48,076 bases of DNA, from the NCBI GenBank assembly GCA_002269645.1, contig NIVC01004297.1, forward strand, positions 1 to 48,076. The letters run 5' to 3'. A program made the position numbers and the translations under genes. The DNA is from Macrostomum lignano (Eukaryota). The notes under the pieces are model-generated. The model made no database searches. It worked only from the letters and a program-made list of their open reading frames with translations, and was not told where the DNA came from. This document shows, one piece after another, positions 24,801 through 36,700 of this stretch (position 1 is its first letter; the number at the start of each line of letters is the position of its first letter).

Positions 24801-27447
24801 GCATCAGTCTGACATCATGGCTAAGCCTCAGTCTGACATCATGACTAAGCATCAGTCTGACATCATGACTAAGCCTCAGTCTGACATCATGGCTAAGCCT
24901 CAGTCTGACATCATGACTAAGCCTCAGTCTGAAATCATCACTAAGCCTCAGTCTGACATCATGACTAAGCATCAGTCTGACATCATGGCTAAGCCTCAGT
25001 CTGACATCATGGCTAAGCCTCAGTCTGACATCATCACTAAGCCTCAGTCTGACATCATGGCTAAGCATCAGTCTGACATCATGACTAAGCATCAGTCTGA
25101 CACCTCGTGACTAAGCATCAGTCTGACATCATGGCTAAGCCTCAGTCTGACATCATGACTAAGCCTCAGTCTGAAATCATCACTAAGCCTCAGTCTGACA
25201 TCATGGCTAAGCCTCAGTCTGACATCATGACTAAGCATCAGTCTGAAATCATCACTAAGCCTCAGTCTGACATCATGGCTAAGCCTCAGTCTGACATCAT
25301 GACTAAGCCTCAGTCTGACATCATGGCTAAGCCTCAGTCTGAAATCATCACTAAGCCTCAGTCTGACATCATGGCTAAGCCTCAGTCTGACATCATGACT
25401 AAGCCTCAGTCTGACATCATGGCTAAGCCTCAGTCTGACATCATGACTAAGCCTCAGTCTGACATCATCACTAAGCCTCAGTCTGACATCATGACTAAGC
25501 CTCAGTCTGACATCATGGCTAAGCATCAGTCTGACATCATGACTAAGCATCAGTCTGACACCTCGTGACTAAGCATCAGTCTGACATCATGGCTAAGCCT
25601 CAGTCTGACATCATGACTAAGCATCAGTCTGACATCATGACTAAGCCTCAGTCTGACATCATGGCTAAGCCTCAGTCTGACATCATGACTAAGCATCAGT
25701 CTGACACCTCGTGACTAAGCATCAGTCTGACATCATGACTAAGCATCAGTCTGACACCTCGTGACTAAGCATCAGTCTGACATCATGGCTAAGCCTCAGT
25801 CTGACATCATGGCTAAGCCTCAGTCTGACATCATGGCTAAGCATCAGTCTGACATCATGGCTAAGCCTCAGTCTGACATCATGGCTAAGCCTCAGTCTGA
25901 CATCATGACTAAGCCTCAGTCTGACATCATGGCTAAGCCTCAGTCTGACACCTCGTGACTAAGCATCAGTCTGACATCATGGCTAAGCCTCAGTCTGACA
26001 TCATGGCTAAGCCTCAGTCTGACATCATGGCTAAGCCTCAGTCTGACACCTCGTGACTAAGCAAGAACCTCTCGAAATGATTTGCATGCTTTTTAGCTCA
26101 TCAGGCCGCAGCACACGTTTAGCTACAGTTGCTCCAGTTGAGCCAGTGAGGGTTGTACTTTTATTTCGAACAGAAAAACACTCTACCAGTAGTTCAAAGC
26201 ATATAAAATTCAGGCCCACAATCTCACGGCTGCGGCCCGCTAACCAATAAATCGATATTGATGAAATGCGCTATACGCAGACACCGGTGCGGCTTGGTTG
26301 CTTTTTTTGCTCGAGCCGTCCCTGAGCTCTAGGCAAACTCTCATTCGCTATCCTACCCCTCTCTCTCGTGAGGGCCTCACTCCAGGACTCAGCTGGGTTA
26401 AACTGATCTCTCATTTCTACTTTCCTTTCCTATATGCATACATATATGTTTATAACAGCGCTGCAGAGTGTTGGCTGATAGCTAAAATACTATACACTGT
26501 ATGCCGCATATGCATACGATATTATGCTACATCGAGATGCTGATGCCACAAATCCCTTAATGGCCATGGACGCGTTTGTTCGCCTTGCGTAGCGTAGCCT
26601 CCACTGTGAAAGTCTTTTTTGCTTCTGCTTAAAAAAGTGAAGAGAATGCGAGAGACGAGAGAGATGAGAGAGAGAGAGAGAGAGACTGAGAGAGAGAGAC
26701 AGAACGCTCTTACCACGTAACTTACACAGCCATAAAATTCCAGTCAAGACGAGAACAAGAAATTCGCTTCTTGACATCTGAAGCGCAATTCTGGGTTTAA
26801 ACTTCTACCCTTTCATGGTAGGCTACCGTTCGGGATTATACAGTTTAATTCTTGAAATTCTGGACTGCTACTGTATCGCTACTGATGAGGAAGGAGGCTG
26901 AAACTAAATTATCAAACATTAGTATCGGATATATGCATGTTGATAAAGATCAATATCACTTTTCTGCCCGAGAATCCGATGGTAAACTCTACGATTATGG
27001 CTCTGAACTACACTTGGCTCCTACATGCTACGAATGAAAAAATGTTGTATTTTGGCAATATCATGAAAAATGCCTTCTGTAAAGCTGCGAAACTTATTTA
27101 TAGAAATATGCGAGCAATATCTTCGGATTGAAGCTTAAATTAATATCTGATATTAAATATCCGCAGGAGGGCTGTGGGGATCCTTGCGCAACACCTGCCC
27201 GTTTCCCGCTTCTGATCCTCAGGTAGAGCTGCAGTTTACAGCTCTGCGTAGACCGAGTAGTTTTGTTTGGTCAAGGGGTCGGCAAACTCCGACCGGGGAA
27301 GCCTCAAGGACCACTAGAAGTTACTTTTGTAACGGTAACTTCTAGTTGTCCTTGGGAAGCCTCTCTATCCGGCCCGGCCCCCGGGTTCTTTGAAACTTTA
27401 CAATAGCAATCCGACCCGCTCACGGTTTGTGTCTCTTCTCAGCTCTC

Positions 27448-27493
<46 letters not shown>

Positions 27494-30436
27494 TCTTCTC
27501 TCCTTTCATCTCTCATCTCATATATTCTCTCATATTCTCTTTCCTCTTCTCTATTCCCTCTACTTTCCTGGCCTTTTCTAACCCTTGACGAAATTCACCT
27601 TCCTTCATCGGATAAGTCATATTTTTGCTATATGGCCACCTTGAATGATGCTTCAAGCCATAAGCATGCATTGCTAATGCCAATAGAACTGTCAATCATA
27701 GTTCTCGATGCAATCGTCAGGTGTTTTTCTGACTATCGTTTTAATGTCTTTATTCATTTGGCTGAAGTTGAAAAAAGCACTTAGTTGGCTCCGGGGGACT
27801 AATAGAATGCCACTCATGTAAACTATAAATCTACGATCTATTTCATCCTGTTTCACTCTGTCCCAAATGAAAAACGAAACAGTCCGTTAATGAGCCTTGT
27901 AGATTGATTGTAGATTATTCCGGTAATGAATTAAACGAACATTATTAAGCTTTGGGCTTGTTTGTAAATTCTACTCTGAATAGTTCTTTAGCGTGTGCTA
28001 TGGCTCCTTTTAAATCGCATCTTTTATAGAGGCCGGGGGCTGTGTGCACCCTGACGCACTTTAAGCAACATTGTCACACAACCGGCGAGAGGCATTGCTG
28101 CCCATTCCGCCGACTCCCCTGAGCAGGCACACAAGCGTAAGGATACGTACGCAGTCATACGCACAGGCACACACTCACACAGGAGTGTACAGCGGCCCTA
28201 ACTTTATTTATCGTTAGGCATGTACACTTCACTGCGCCTTTGGGGTTGTCCCTCAATGACGTTAATTGAACGAGCCGAGCCAAGCCAAGATTCCAATTTA
28301 TCCCCAAATTAATGTGACTGCACTTGGAGTCGAGTCTGGACCGCTGGCTCACGAGAGCGCCGCGCTAGACCATTGGGCTAACGGCCCCATTTTCAAGTTT
28401 AAAACTTCGGAGATGACGCGAACAAACAAATTCAATTCCATCAACCAAACAGCCTCTAAACTGAAACTTTTGCAGCCAAAAGTGGCGGCAGCATTCACGA
28501 AGTTCTGACCCGAACAAGGCACGATTTGGTTCGACTCCGGTCGGAATTCGAAGCCCTGAGATCGTGCTACCGGCAGAGCCTTGTTGACGTGAGCCAAATG
28601 TTCGCTGAACAGCTCGCTTGTTTGAAGGTGAGACCGAGAAAAGCCTGGAATTGCCAACATTACCGGTTGAGTGGAGCTTGATTGCAGGAAGGCGTTTAAG
28701 GTGACATTCAAACAGCTTGGCGTTATACATGAACAATGGATCTGACTTTCTAAAGTGTACAAGTGTACACAAGGCGCCTCGGGAGAGGGGTGTCCCTAAT
28801 AGGCAAGAGTCGCAAGTCAAGCCCCAGGAAAGCATTTTTGTGGCTGCTCACGGACGCATTGATCATTAAGCTGCTCTGCGCCTGCTTCCCACCAATTGAA
28901 AGCAAACTTTTCTTTTTTAATTGAGTTCTTCACCATCCCGCAGAAGATGCAGAGCGGTGGCCAAGGTGCGGCACAGAATCACCACAATCACGCGCAACAT
29001 CCGATGCATCTTCCGCTGCCGATGCAGCAGGCTCATCCAACTCAGCAGCATCTGCAGTCGAAGCGGCGATCTCAGCTGCGCTCAACATTGCAATCCTACC
29101 GACAAGAGACTCAAGCAACGGAGCGTCAGTTAGCTGAGTTGGAACAATCTGTGGCAGCAGCAGCTGCAGCTAAGAACGCAACCAGCTCCCAGGCTGTTGA
29201 GAGAACCTGCAAGAGTCTGCAGGACTCGTTAGGCCAAGTAACCAAGTCGCTGATTGGAGCAAAGACAGTCTTTGAGGCCGAGATCAATCGCGGCGTTCGC
29301 GACTTAATTAGGGATGGATTTGAGGATGCCACCACAGCTGAGTAGTAAGGAATTCACCAGCCTATTATAAATGTATCAGGAATGTAAATAAAGCGTAGAC
29401 TGTGGAAACACGCTGTAGAAGCGCTACAAATAGCATATAAATAGCCTTTCGCACCTATGGATGACACCTCTCAGACTTCTGTTTAACAGTCGCTTGAAAA
29501 GCAACATTGTTTTCTCTGCAGTTTCGTGAGCCAAGAGCCAACCCGACTGGAGCAGTGCTTTCAAAGATGCCACAAACTCTCGGACGCCATCAAATCGTTG
29601 AGGTACGTAGGAACTTAAAGACACTTTTGCATTCAAAGCACGTAACAATTTTCAAAAGCTTTACAATGATAATAATTAATGCTAGACGCAAACTGACTGA
29701 AATGTTCTCAAAACAGTCAGGTTGCACTCAAAGACACCGTCTAAATCCAGCCAGAAATTCCTTGAGGCATAATAATTTCAACATACACAGCTTTTAAAAA
29801 TTGTACTTACAAATCAAAGAACCTATATGAACCATCTTGCAGCACGTCCTCGGAGATGGCCAACTCCACTGGTGAAAGTCGACGCTTTTCGCCCATTAAG
29901 CAGCAGCAGCAGCAGCTCATGAACCAGCTCAAGCCGGCCGAGGTGATGTACCATTCGCAGCCAGAGTTTCGTCCAGCTGGAATTTTTCAATCTCAGGTGA
30001 GATTTTTCTTTGCAATTTCCTGCTGCGACTAACAGTAATCGGCCGAGCTAATAAAACAATTAACTTTGAACGACAGCAGCCGCAGCAACAACCAGAGACG
30101 CTGCCTCCGCCGCCTCCACCGACGCAATCAACTCCAACGCCACCCAGAGTTCTGCCTAAGCCTGGCAGTCACGTGAATCCAACATACGATGAATATCTGC
30201 TGCCTCCACCGCCGCCACCGTCACAGCCAGCAATGCAGGCCTCTCATCTGACGCAGCTGCAGCAACCGCCAAGCCGGCCAATCAGGCAGCCAGGACGGCC
30301 TCAAGTTGCATTTAGCAACACTGTCAAAGTGGACGATGGTAGCGAAGTTGTCCGACTGAACTGGCCAGACGAGGAGCTTCTCGACAGCGAGACAGTCGTT
30401 AGAAGGCCTCCCCCAACTAAAATAGTTTCTCAGCCC

Positions 30437-30476
<40 letters not shown>

Positions 30477-30868
30477 TGCAGCAGCGAACGCCGCCGCCAC
30501 CACCGCCGCGAAAGTCGTCCGCGTCGACTTCGTCTTCGTCGCCACCGCCACCGCCGTTGTCTCTCACCGGGCCTGGCCAGAGACCAAGCGACTATGAGAA
30601 CCTCGACATAGAATCGTTGACCTCTCGACAGCAGTACCACGTGTTCGATATCGATCCGCCGCCAGCGCGCCAGAAACACCCGACAGCTCAGCAGATCAAC
30701 GGGCAAGTGCAGCGAACGCCGCAGCACGACATCTGGCTTCGGCAGACGTCGTCAGCAGCACCGTCAGGCTACGGAAATCAGCACCTGCGCTCCAGGAGCG
30801 AGCCGGATGCGAGCAAAAGTGCTCAGCCGTTGTTTCAGCAGCGTCAGTCCAGTTCGCGTGCTAACTAA
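20285..30868 (+). CDS. Gln/Pro-rich coiled-coil protein, probably SRCIN1/KIAA1217 (AIP3-type coiled-coil) family-like
   Basis: Phase-consistent exons 20285-20471, 21203-21335, 21770-21924, 28476-28627, 28944-29344, 29843-29996, 30077-30868. YRQETQATERQLAELEQSV and PPPPPRKSS recall SRCIN1/KIAA1217 segments as I remember them (not searched). Possible further exons ~30923-30973, ~31420-31503 and 32864-32953 are uncertain. Confidence 0.7.
20575..21040. repeat. ~19-21-bp GC-rich minisatellite (GGGCGCCCCTGTCTCTTGGT-type) in intron 1 of the Gln/Pro-rich gene
   Basis: More than 20 degenerate units. Confidence 0.92.
21954..21985. repeat. (TACAATG)n microsatellite
   Basis: About 4.5 perfect units. 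Confidence 0.9.
22085..26060. repeat. 24-bp minisatellite (CTAAGCCTCAGTCTGACATCATGG) with 26-bp variant units and a 772-bp higher-order duplication
   Basis: About 165 units. ORFs 24320-24778 and 25092-25550 (and 24335-24796 / 25107-25568) have identical translations at an offset of 772 = 30x24 + 2x26. Confidence 0.98.
26646..26702. repeat. (GA)n tract
   Basis: Direct reading. Confidence 0.9.
26872..26933 (+). ncRNA. Candidate type I hammerhead ribozyme-like fold
   Basis: CTGATGA 26882-26888; 2-bp stem II; GAAA 26900-26903; 5-bp stem III closing on GTA (26922-26924); imperfect stem I. Could be chance. Confidence 0.25.
27272..27384 (+). mobile_element. Possible hAT-like MITE 5' terminus, interrupted by the P-like remnant
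   Basis: CAAGGGGTCGGCAAACT...ATCCGGCCCG resembles common hAT termini (CAGGGGTCGGCAAAC...CCGGCCCG). No partner end or TSD found. Confidence 0.3.
27305..27354. mobile_element. 50-bp P-element-like TIR-TIR remnant (putative excision footprint) with 8-bp TSD
   Basis: GGAAGCCT [CAAGGACCACTAGAAGTTAC TTTTGTAACG GTAACTTCTAGTTGTCCTTG] GGAAGCCT. The 20-bp arms match at 19/20 and begin CAAGGAC like the large element. Confidence 0.8.
27440..27560. repeat. (CT)n / pyrimidine tract
   Basis: Direct reading. Confidence 0.9.
28027..28388 (-). mobile_element. tRNA-derived SINE, full length
   Basis: The reverse complement begins GGGGCCGTTAGCCCAATGGTCTAG...AGACTCGACTCC and matches the 4111 copy along the whole body. 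Confidence 0.8.
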
Positions 30869-32859
30869 CTACAAACACACCTTTATTAAAAAATCCAGTA
30901 TTTTGACTAATTTTATTTCTAGCTTGTGATAATATTCTTGCCGAACAAAGAGTATCAAGACCTACCGCTATAGGTGAGCTTGTAACAAAAACTATTTTGG
31001 TTCGACTTCAATATGGGCTCAAATCCAAACTCAGTGAATTTTGTTCAAATTTAGTTCATCACGAAACTTGAAAAATAGCTTTTTGAACTTCAAAGCCGTT
31101 GAAAACTTTTTTAGATCTGTAATTCTAAAGGGAACAATTTACTAAGCCAGACTGACCAGAGAGCTTGATACTTTGAGAAAGGCTTCAAGTCCACTTCTGC
31201 TTACCTCGATCTGCTTTTCATATTGTATAGCTAGTGCCTCGGAACAGATCTAGTGAGGATTTTCCGAAGCTGTTTTGGCGCACTGAATTCTTTTGAACTA
31301 TGAGCAGTCCAGCAGGCAAACTCTGCTTTAGTTTGAGACGAACTCGATCTATTTTTAAACTCGAAAAACCTGTTTATAACTCGTGATATTGGACCTATTG
31401 GCATTCGCTGACTGTGTAAGGTCAGGGAGGGGTCCCTGGCCTGGAGAAAATTGTGACACGGGTCCATGAGAATTGCCCGCAGACGCCGAATTTCTCCAGA
31501 ATGGTAATTCCGATTTTGACAAATTAATTATTCACTTTACTAGCTATATCTTAGAAAGCGAATTGGCCTGGGTTGGTAGATTGTCACATCCATGTCTCCA
31601 GGGCTCCCTGTTTAGGGTTTTTTTTGCTTTGTCAGCGTTGTGTAACAGTTATTATGCATTATGTACCTCTTTCGTTATTTTCTTCTGAAAACTTAATTGT
31701 TTTATTAACTACCAAAGCTTGTAGTTGGAACTTCCTTGAGCACTAAGCTGACAGAAGAAAAGATAACTCTAATGACGTCACATTAGGCTCATAGTTCAGA
31801 TTTTTATTTCGCATCGAATCCCAGCAGATCGCCGGCAAATCTGCTGACAGAAAAAAATTCACATGGATGCGTTTATTCAAGCGTGACAACATCGAACAAA
31901 ACATGATATGCTGATGTAGAATGCCATTTTGTCAGTGTTTTTAAAATGAATTACGCCACAAGAATAATATTTTTCAGAGTATAACAGCAATTATTTGCAT
32001 CCAATAAATCAACGATAAATGCCGTCTGATTCCTCTGCTAATTAAAACAATGTAACAAACCTTCTTATATAGTATGCAGAGAATGAAATTTTCTATTTTT
32101 ATTTTTTACTCTAATTTAAAGAGTTATAATCTTTGAGACATATCTTTAGTAACTGTAAGTATAGTATTGCGTCAGCAGTAACTAATCCACCTTAATAGTA
32201 CACAAGTTGAAGCCATTCAGTGTTATTAAAAGTACAAAGCTTGCAAGGAGAAGTTAGGAGCATGTGTGGTTGAAAGTGCTATAATTATCTGTGATGGCCC
32301 CCCATTTGAAACTGACATCAAAATCGACAGCATAAACATCGAAATTTTGTTCAACCCAAGGTTAGGATATGTTAGGAGAAGAGTTTAACAAAAAAGAAAT
32401 TTGTGCAAAAAAATCACAACAGCAGCTAAATGCCATCAGAATATAGTGGCGATATTCTATCGAAGGAAACGAGGTGTCCGTAAATAACACTAGGCCATTG
32501 TGAGCGCACAAAGGTCCTTTTATGACAGCATTTACCATGCAAAAAATAATCAATATCGAATGGATGCGCGCAAATGTTTAAAAGAAAAATGGGAACCGCA
32601 ACAACATTCGCGGGACAATTATCAACAGCTGTTCTCCGCTTTGCGCACACGTGTAGACAGGTGCAATGCATAGTTTTAAAATCGTTACTTTTTCGCTGAT
32701 AAAGACACTAAAAACACTTGAAAATACTTTAAAACTTTGCTGATTGATTGTGCCAGAATAGAAAATGTATATTTGGGAAGTTGTTCTCTATTAGAAAGAA
32801 ATAGTCCGAGAGTTTGAATTGACCCCGTACAAAACCAGACGAATAATTAAAATTGTTAA

Positions 32860-33060
32860 TTAGGAAGTGGGGAGCCTTAGTGATTCGCCGACTTCTCCGC
32901 GACTAATTGAGCCACTTGAAGGCGGAGTAGCAACTTCCACAGCCATGGACTGATGCTCGTCATTGGAGACCAATGCGCACACTGCTGTCTCTTGCGGGTG
33001 GCAACAAACACTAGCAACCGCCGCTCCCTGTGCTGCGGCCTCTTCACCTTCATCATCGAG
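32860..33060 (-). CDS. Candidate terminal coding exon of the Cav3 gene (LDDEGEEAAAQG...SLRLPTS*)
   Basis: Acceptor CAG at 33063-33061 and a phase-0 66-aa ORF compatible with the exon ending at 37127. An alternative short terminal exon is 33646-33611. Confidence 0.35.
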   Translation of the reverse strand, partial: LDDEGEEAAAQGAAVASVCCHPQETAVCALVSNDEHQSMAVEVATPPSSGSISRGEVGESLRLPTS

Positions 33061-33224
33061 CTGTTTTGATGTTGTTCAACGTAAGGGTTGAAAATTAACT
33101 GAGTACTTGTAGTCCCGTTGATAAGCTAGAAACCTGACAGGTTTCATTAAAATATTTGGACCTTGTGAAGCTTCAAGCTTGTGAAGTGTACTGCGTACAA
33201 AGCGGAACGATATTCTGGGCTATC

Positions 33225-33540
33225 CTGTGTCATCCTGTGATATCTGTGTCATCCTGTGTCATCTTGTGACATCTGTGCCATCCTGTGATATCCTGTATCA
33301 TCCTGTATCATCCTGTGTCATCCTGTGTCATCTTGTGACACCCTGTGATATCTATCCTGTGTCATCCTTCGCCATCCTGTGATATCCTGTATCATCTTGT
33401 GTCATTCTGTGTCATCTTGTGAAACCCTGTGACATCCTGTGTAATCATGTGCCATCCTCTGGTAACCTGTGTCATCATGTGACATTCAATGATATGTGCC
33501 ATTCTGTCATCCCGTGACTCCTGTGACATCCTGTGACCAG
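33225..33540. repeat. Degenerate 10-bp repeat (TCCTGTGTCA / TCCTGTGATA)
   Basis: About 30 units. Confidence 0.9.
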
Positions 33541-33771
33541 ACATCAAATGACTTAACTATGCAGTGCGTAGCATCTTAGCTCTCCTCTGACTTCATCAGG
33601 TAATTGTACTCTAAGTTAATTCATTCCTTTTTCCATTGGGTTCTACCTAACGTGTACTGTAGTATATGAGTAATCTGATGCGCATTCCTAATCTCTTCAC
33701 TCTTATTAATCAGCTCGATAACCAGTAGTGAAAAGGTACCAAACTGTGCAAATATGAATAGAAATCTGACA

Positions 33772-36700
33772 CAAGGACTACTTAAGTATCGTTTATAGAA
33801 GGACGCTGCACTCGCGGTTCGTGTAATTTTTTTTGAAGGCCAATTTTCGCCGAAAAATACATTAACGAGATACAAAAAATTCACGATTTTCATCTTCAAT
33901 GGCTTGCTCAGACTGCCTACAACCCTGCTGAAAAGAAAAAACTGCTGAAACTTATCAAAAAGACCTAGTGTATTCGCTCCTCTATTGTATTTCGCCAAGT
34001 TAGTGTCCTTGACACGTTTACTTTTAAATACTTCGTATTTTTTCGAGGGTTTTCAATTCTGTAATGTTAAATGTTAAAGGTTGGATTAAAGTGTTAGTTT
34101 CTCTCAATAATCAGTAGTTTCTTTAGCATTCTATGATGACTGCTTTCTATGTCTTTATTTTTTTGGTAAATTTAAATTAGCTATAGACATTCTATATTAA
34201 ATGTTAGTCTATACCCTGGCTATGCCTGATATATAATAATATCTAGGGCCTACTATGCTTTTTTAGCATGTTCTACAAAAATGTTGTGTAGAAAGGACCT
34301 ACTGATTAGTTTATGAGTAGATCGTTATAAAGTATTATTCTTAATTTGAAGGTAGATAGATATTAGATACTTGCATATTGTATAGAAGGTACTAATTTTA
34401 CTATTCTGTCAAATATCTGTAGATTAGGCTTCTTAAACGGTTCTACTGGATACAAAAGTTCTATTTTCAGACTTGTCTTGAAACTTTATATTTTATTTAA
34501 ATGATAGGCCTAACAACATATTGAATTTATTTCTGCTGTTTGGAGAGCAGTTTTTTAACCTAGTCTAGTTTAATGGAACCAAGATATATTCAATACTCAG
34601 GCCTTGCATTGAATTTAAAATATAAATATTTATATATAGAAAGTGATTCTAAAGGAAAATGCGTATAATAGACTTTAGAAGACAAATTTTCAACTTTAGT
34701 AATACTATTGAAGTGATTTAGTATAGAATTGATTATATTGGCCTGTTGGGATAAAAGCAATACAGTATTGTAGCAATTTTTTTACTAGATATAATGTATA
34801 GAAGCTGTATATATTTCTTTTTGTTAGCTTCAGAATTTCTGCAATGCCAATGAAATGCTGTCTTCCAAAGTGTACAAGTAACTACAAATCTGGTGAGAAG
34901 GTGACAGTGTATAGCTTTCCAAAGGATAAAGAAGACTACAGCATGTGGATCCGAGCTTTGCCACCAAATGTTAAGGTATGGTGCTATTGCTGCTATTGCA
35001 TATTCTTGTCTTGCTTAATTCACATGCTAATGGAACATTAGTACAATATGATATAATACTTACTGTTTTAGAGTCCATCTAAATACATGGGCATTTGCCA
35101 AAAACATTGGCCAACAAATGCACCAATGTTAAAGGTCAAGCGATTCATGCGCCCTATGGACCCACCAAGTGTATTCCCAAATCTTCCAACAGGCTCTCTT
35201 CGCCTGACTGAGCCAAGTAAGTATATCTCATAGCAAGGTTAAATATTACAGTTTGTACCAAATGATAGGCTTTCTATAATATTTTACTTAATTAAGTTTT
35301 TGTCTGATTTCATACCTTACATATTATTATTCTTACTTCAGAGCACTCTAGAGATCAGTTTTTGAATAATTGTTGCTAGGGAATGAATTTAATGAATTGT
35401 GGGGATGCAGGTCACGGCTATCTAATGGGTCACGAAATTGTCTTTAAGGTGTACTGCAATCAGACAGATTGGAGGCCGAGTTCGCTCTCTACCGCCAGGG
35501 CCACGGCGGGTGTTACTACATAACAGTCGAGCAAGTTATGGCCAGTGCTCGGCTGCACCGAATGAAATTGTACGGAGCGCTTCAGAACAGCTTTGAGGCT
35601 CATGAGCCGGCGACATGCTGTTCCGATGGGATGAAGGACTCTGATCTAGAGGTGTTTGATCAGCTTCAAGACAAGATCAGCCACAATACAGATGAGGAGA
35701 ATGCTTCTTTGTACTATATTTCCGGTTACGTTGCTGCTAAAGAGCATCTTCCAGAAGTTTTTGAAGCATTTGCAACTGAGTTTCCTGGCGGTAGCGAATT
35801 TACATCGCTGCTATCTCGTGGCAAGCTCCGGCACCCGCCAGAGTGGCTTTTAGTTTTCTCCAGCCTGTGCTATGCTTTTTTCTCCTCTGTCAAGATCCAC
35901 TGCGTCAACTATTGTGTCCGATCTTTTATTAACGTTTTTGAAGCTTTCATGGATGTAACTGTTTCAGATCCAGCTCAGGTTAGCCGCATTTCCAGGAGGT
36001 TAGCTAACACATTTTTTAAAGGACTCGTGCGTCGTGATTCGGACCATGTACGAGAGACGCCCGGCAGTGGACGGCGTCTGCGAAAGTTAGCATCAAGTTA
36101 GTTATGAGCTGTTTGTACGCTTTTTGAGAAATCCGTGACATTCTATCAACACACCGAGTTCGTATAAAACTTGAACACCCATTGTACACTTAGACACCTC
36201 TAATTTAAACAAACGAAGTGGACACTGGAAAATATCGAAATATCCAACCAAAAATGCAATAAGCCAAAATCGGAGGCAACATAGCTCGTAGAATTGAAGC
36301 GAACATTGTTAATTGATTGAGCATGTAATTTGACCCATAGTCCATGGTTGTCCATGTTTTATACAGACCCAATTCACATTCACGTCATTGAATATGCTTA
36401 TGCCTTCATAAGTTGGTTTATGCATCTGTTGCTGCTTTCATACGTTGGTTTAAACATTTGTTGCTGCTTTCATAAGTTGGTTTCTGCATTTTACTGCTGT
36501 TGCCTACCCAATAGTTGCCACAGTTTCTATACACTATACACTATACACAGTCTTATATTTGCAGCCTTACATACATATTTGCCTTACTGTAGCTATCAAT
36601 TGAGATTAAAGTACAATGAGCTGCTGTGCAACAAGCAACCAGTTCAGTTCAACATTTTTTGTTTCCAGTCCAACAACGATACATCGATTGTTATCAGCAC

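Noticed and set aside
22083-25958. (MAKPQSDI)n and (LSHDVRLR)n ORFs on both strands
   Set aside because: Products of the 24-bp array; frames break at every 26-bp variant unit.
16390-26060. CRISPR-like appearance of regular short repeats
   Set aside because: Units are head-to-tail with no unique spacers, there are no cas genes, and the context is eukaryotic.
26852-27037. 61-aa ORF (…DKDQYHFSARESDGKLYDYGSELHL…)
   Set aside because: No recognisable homology and no convincing splice sites linking it to the host gene.
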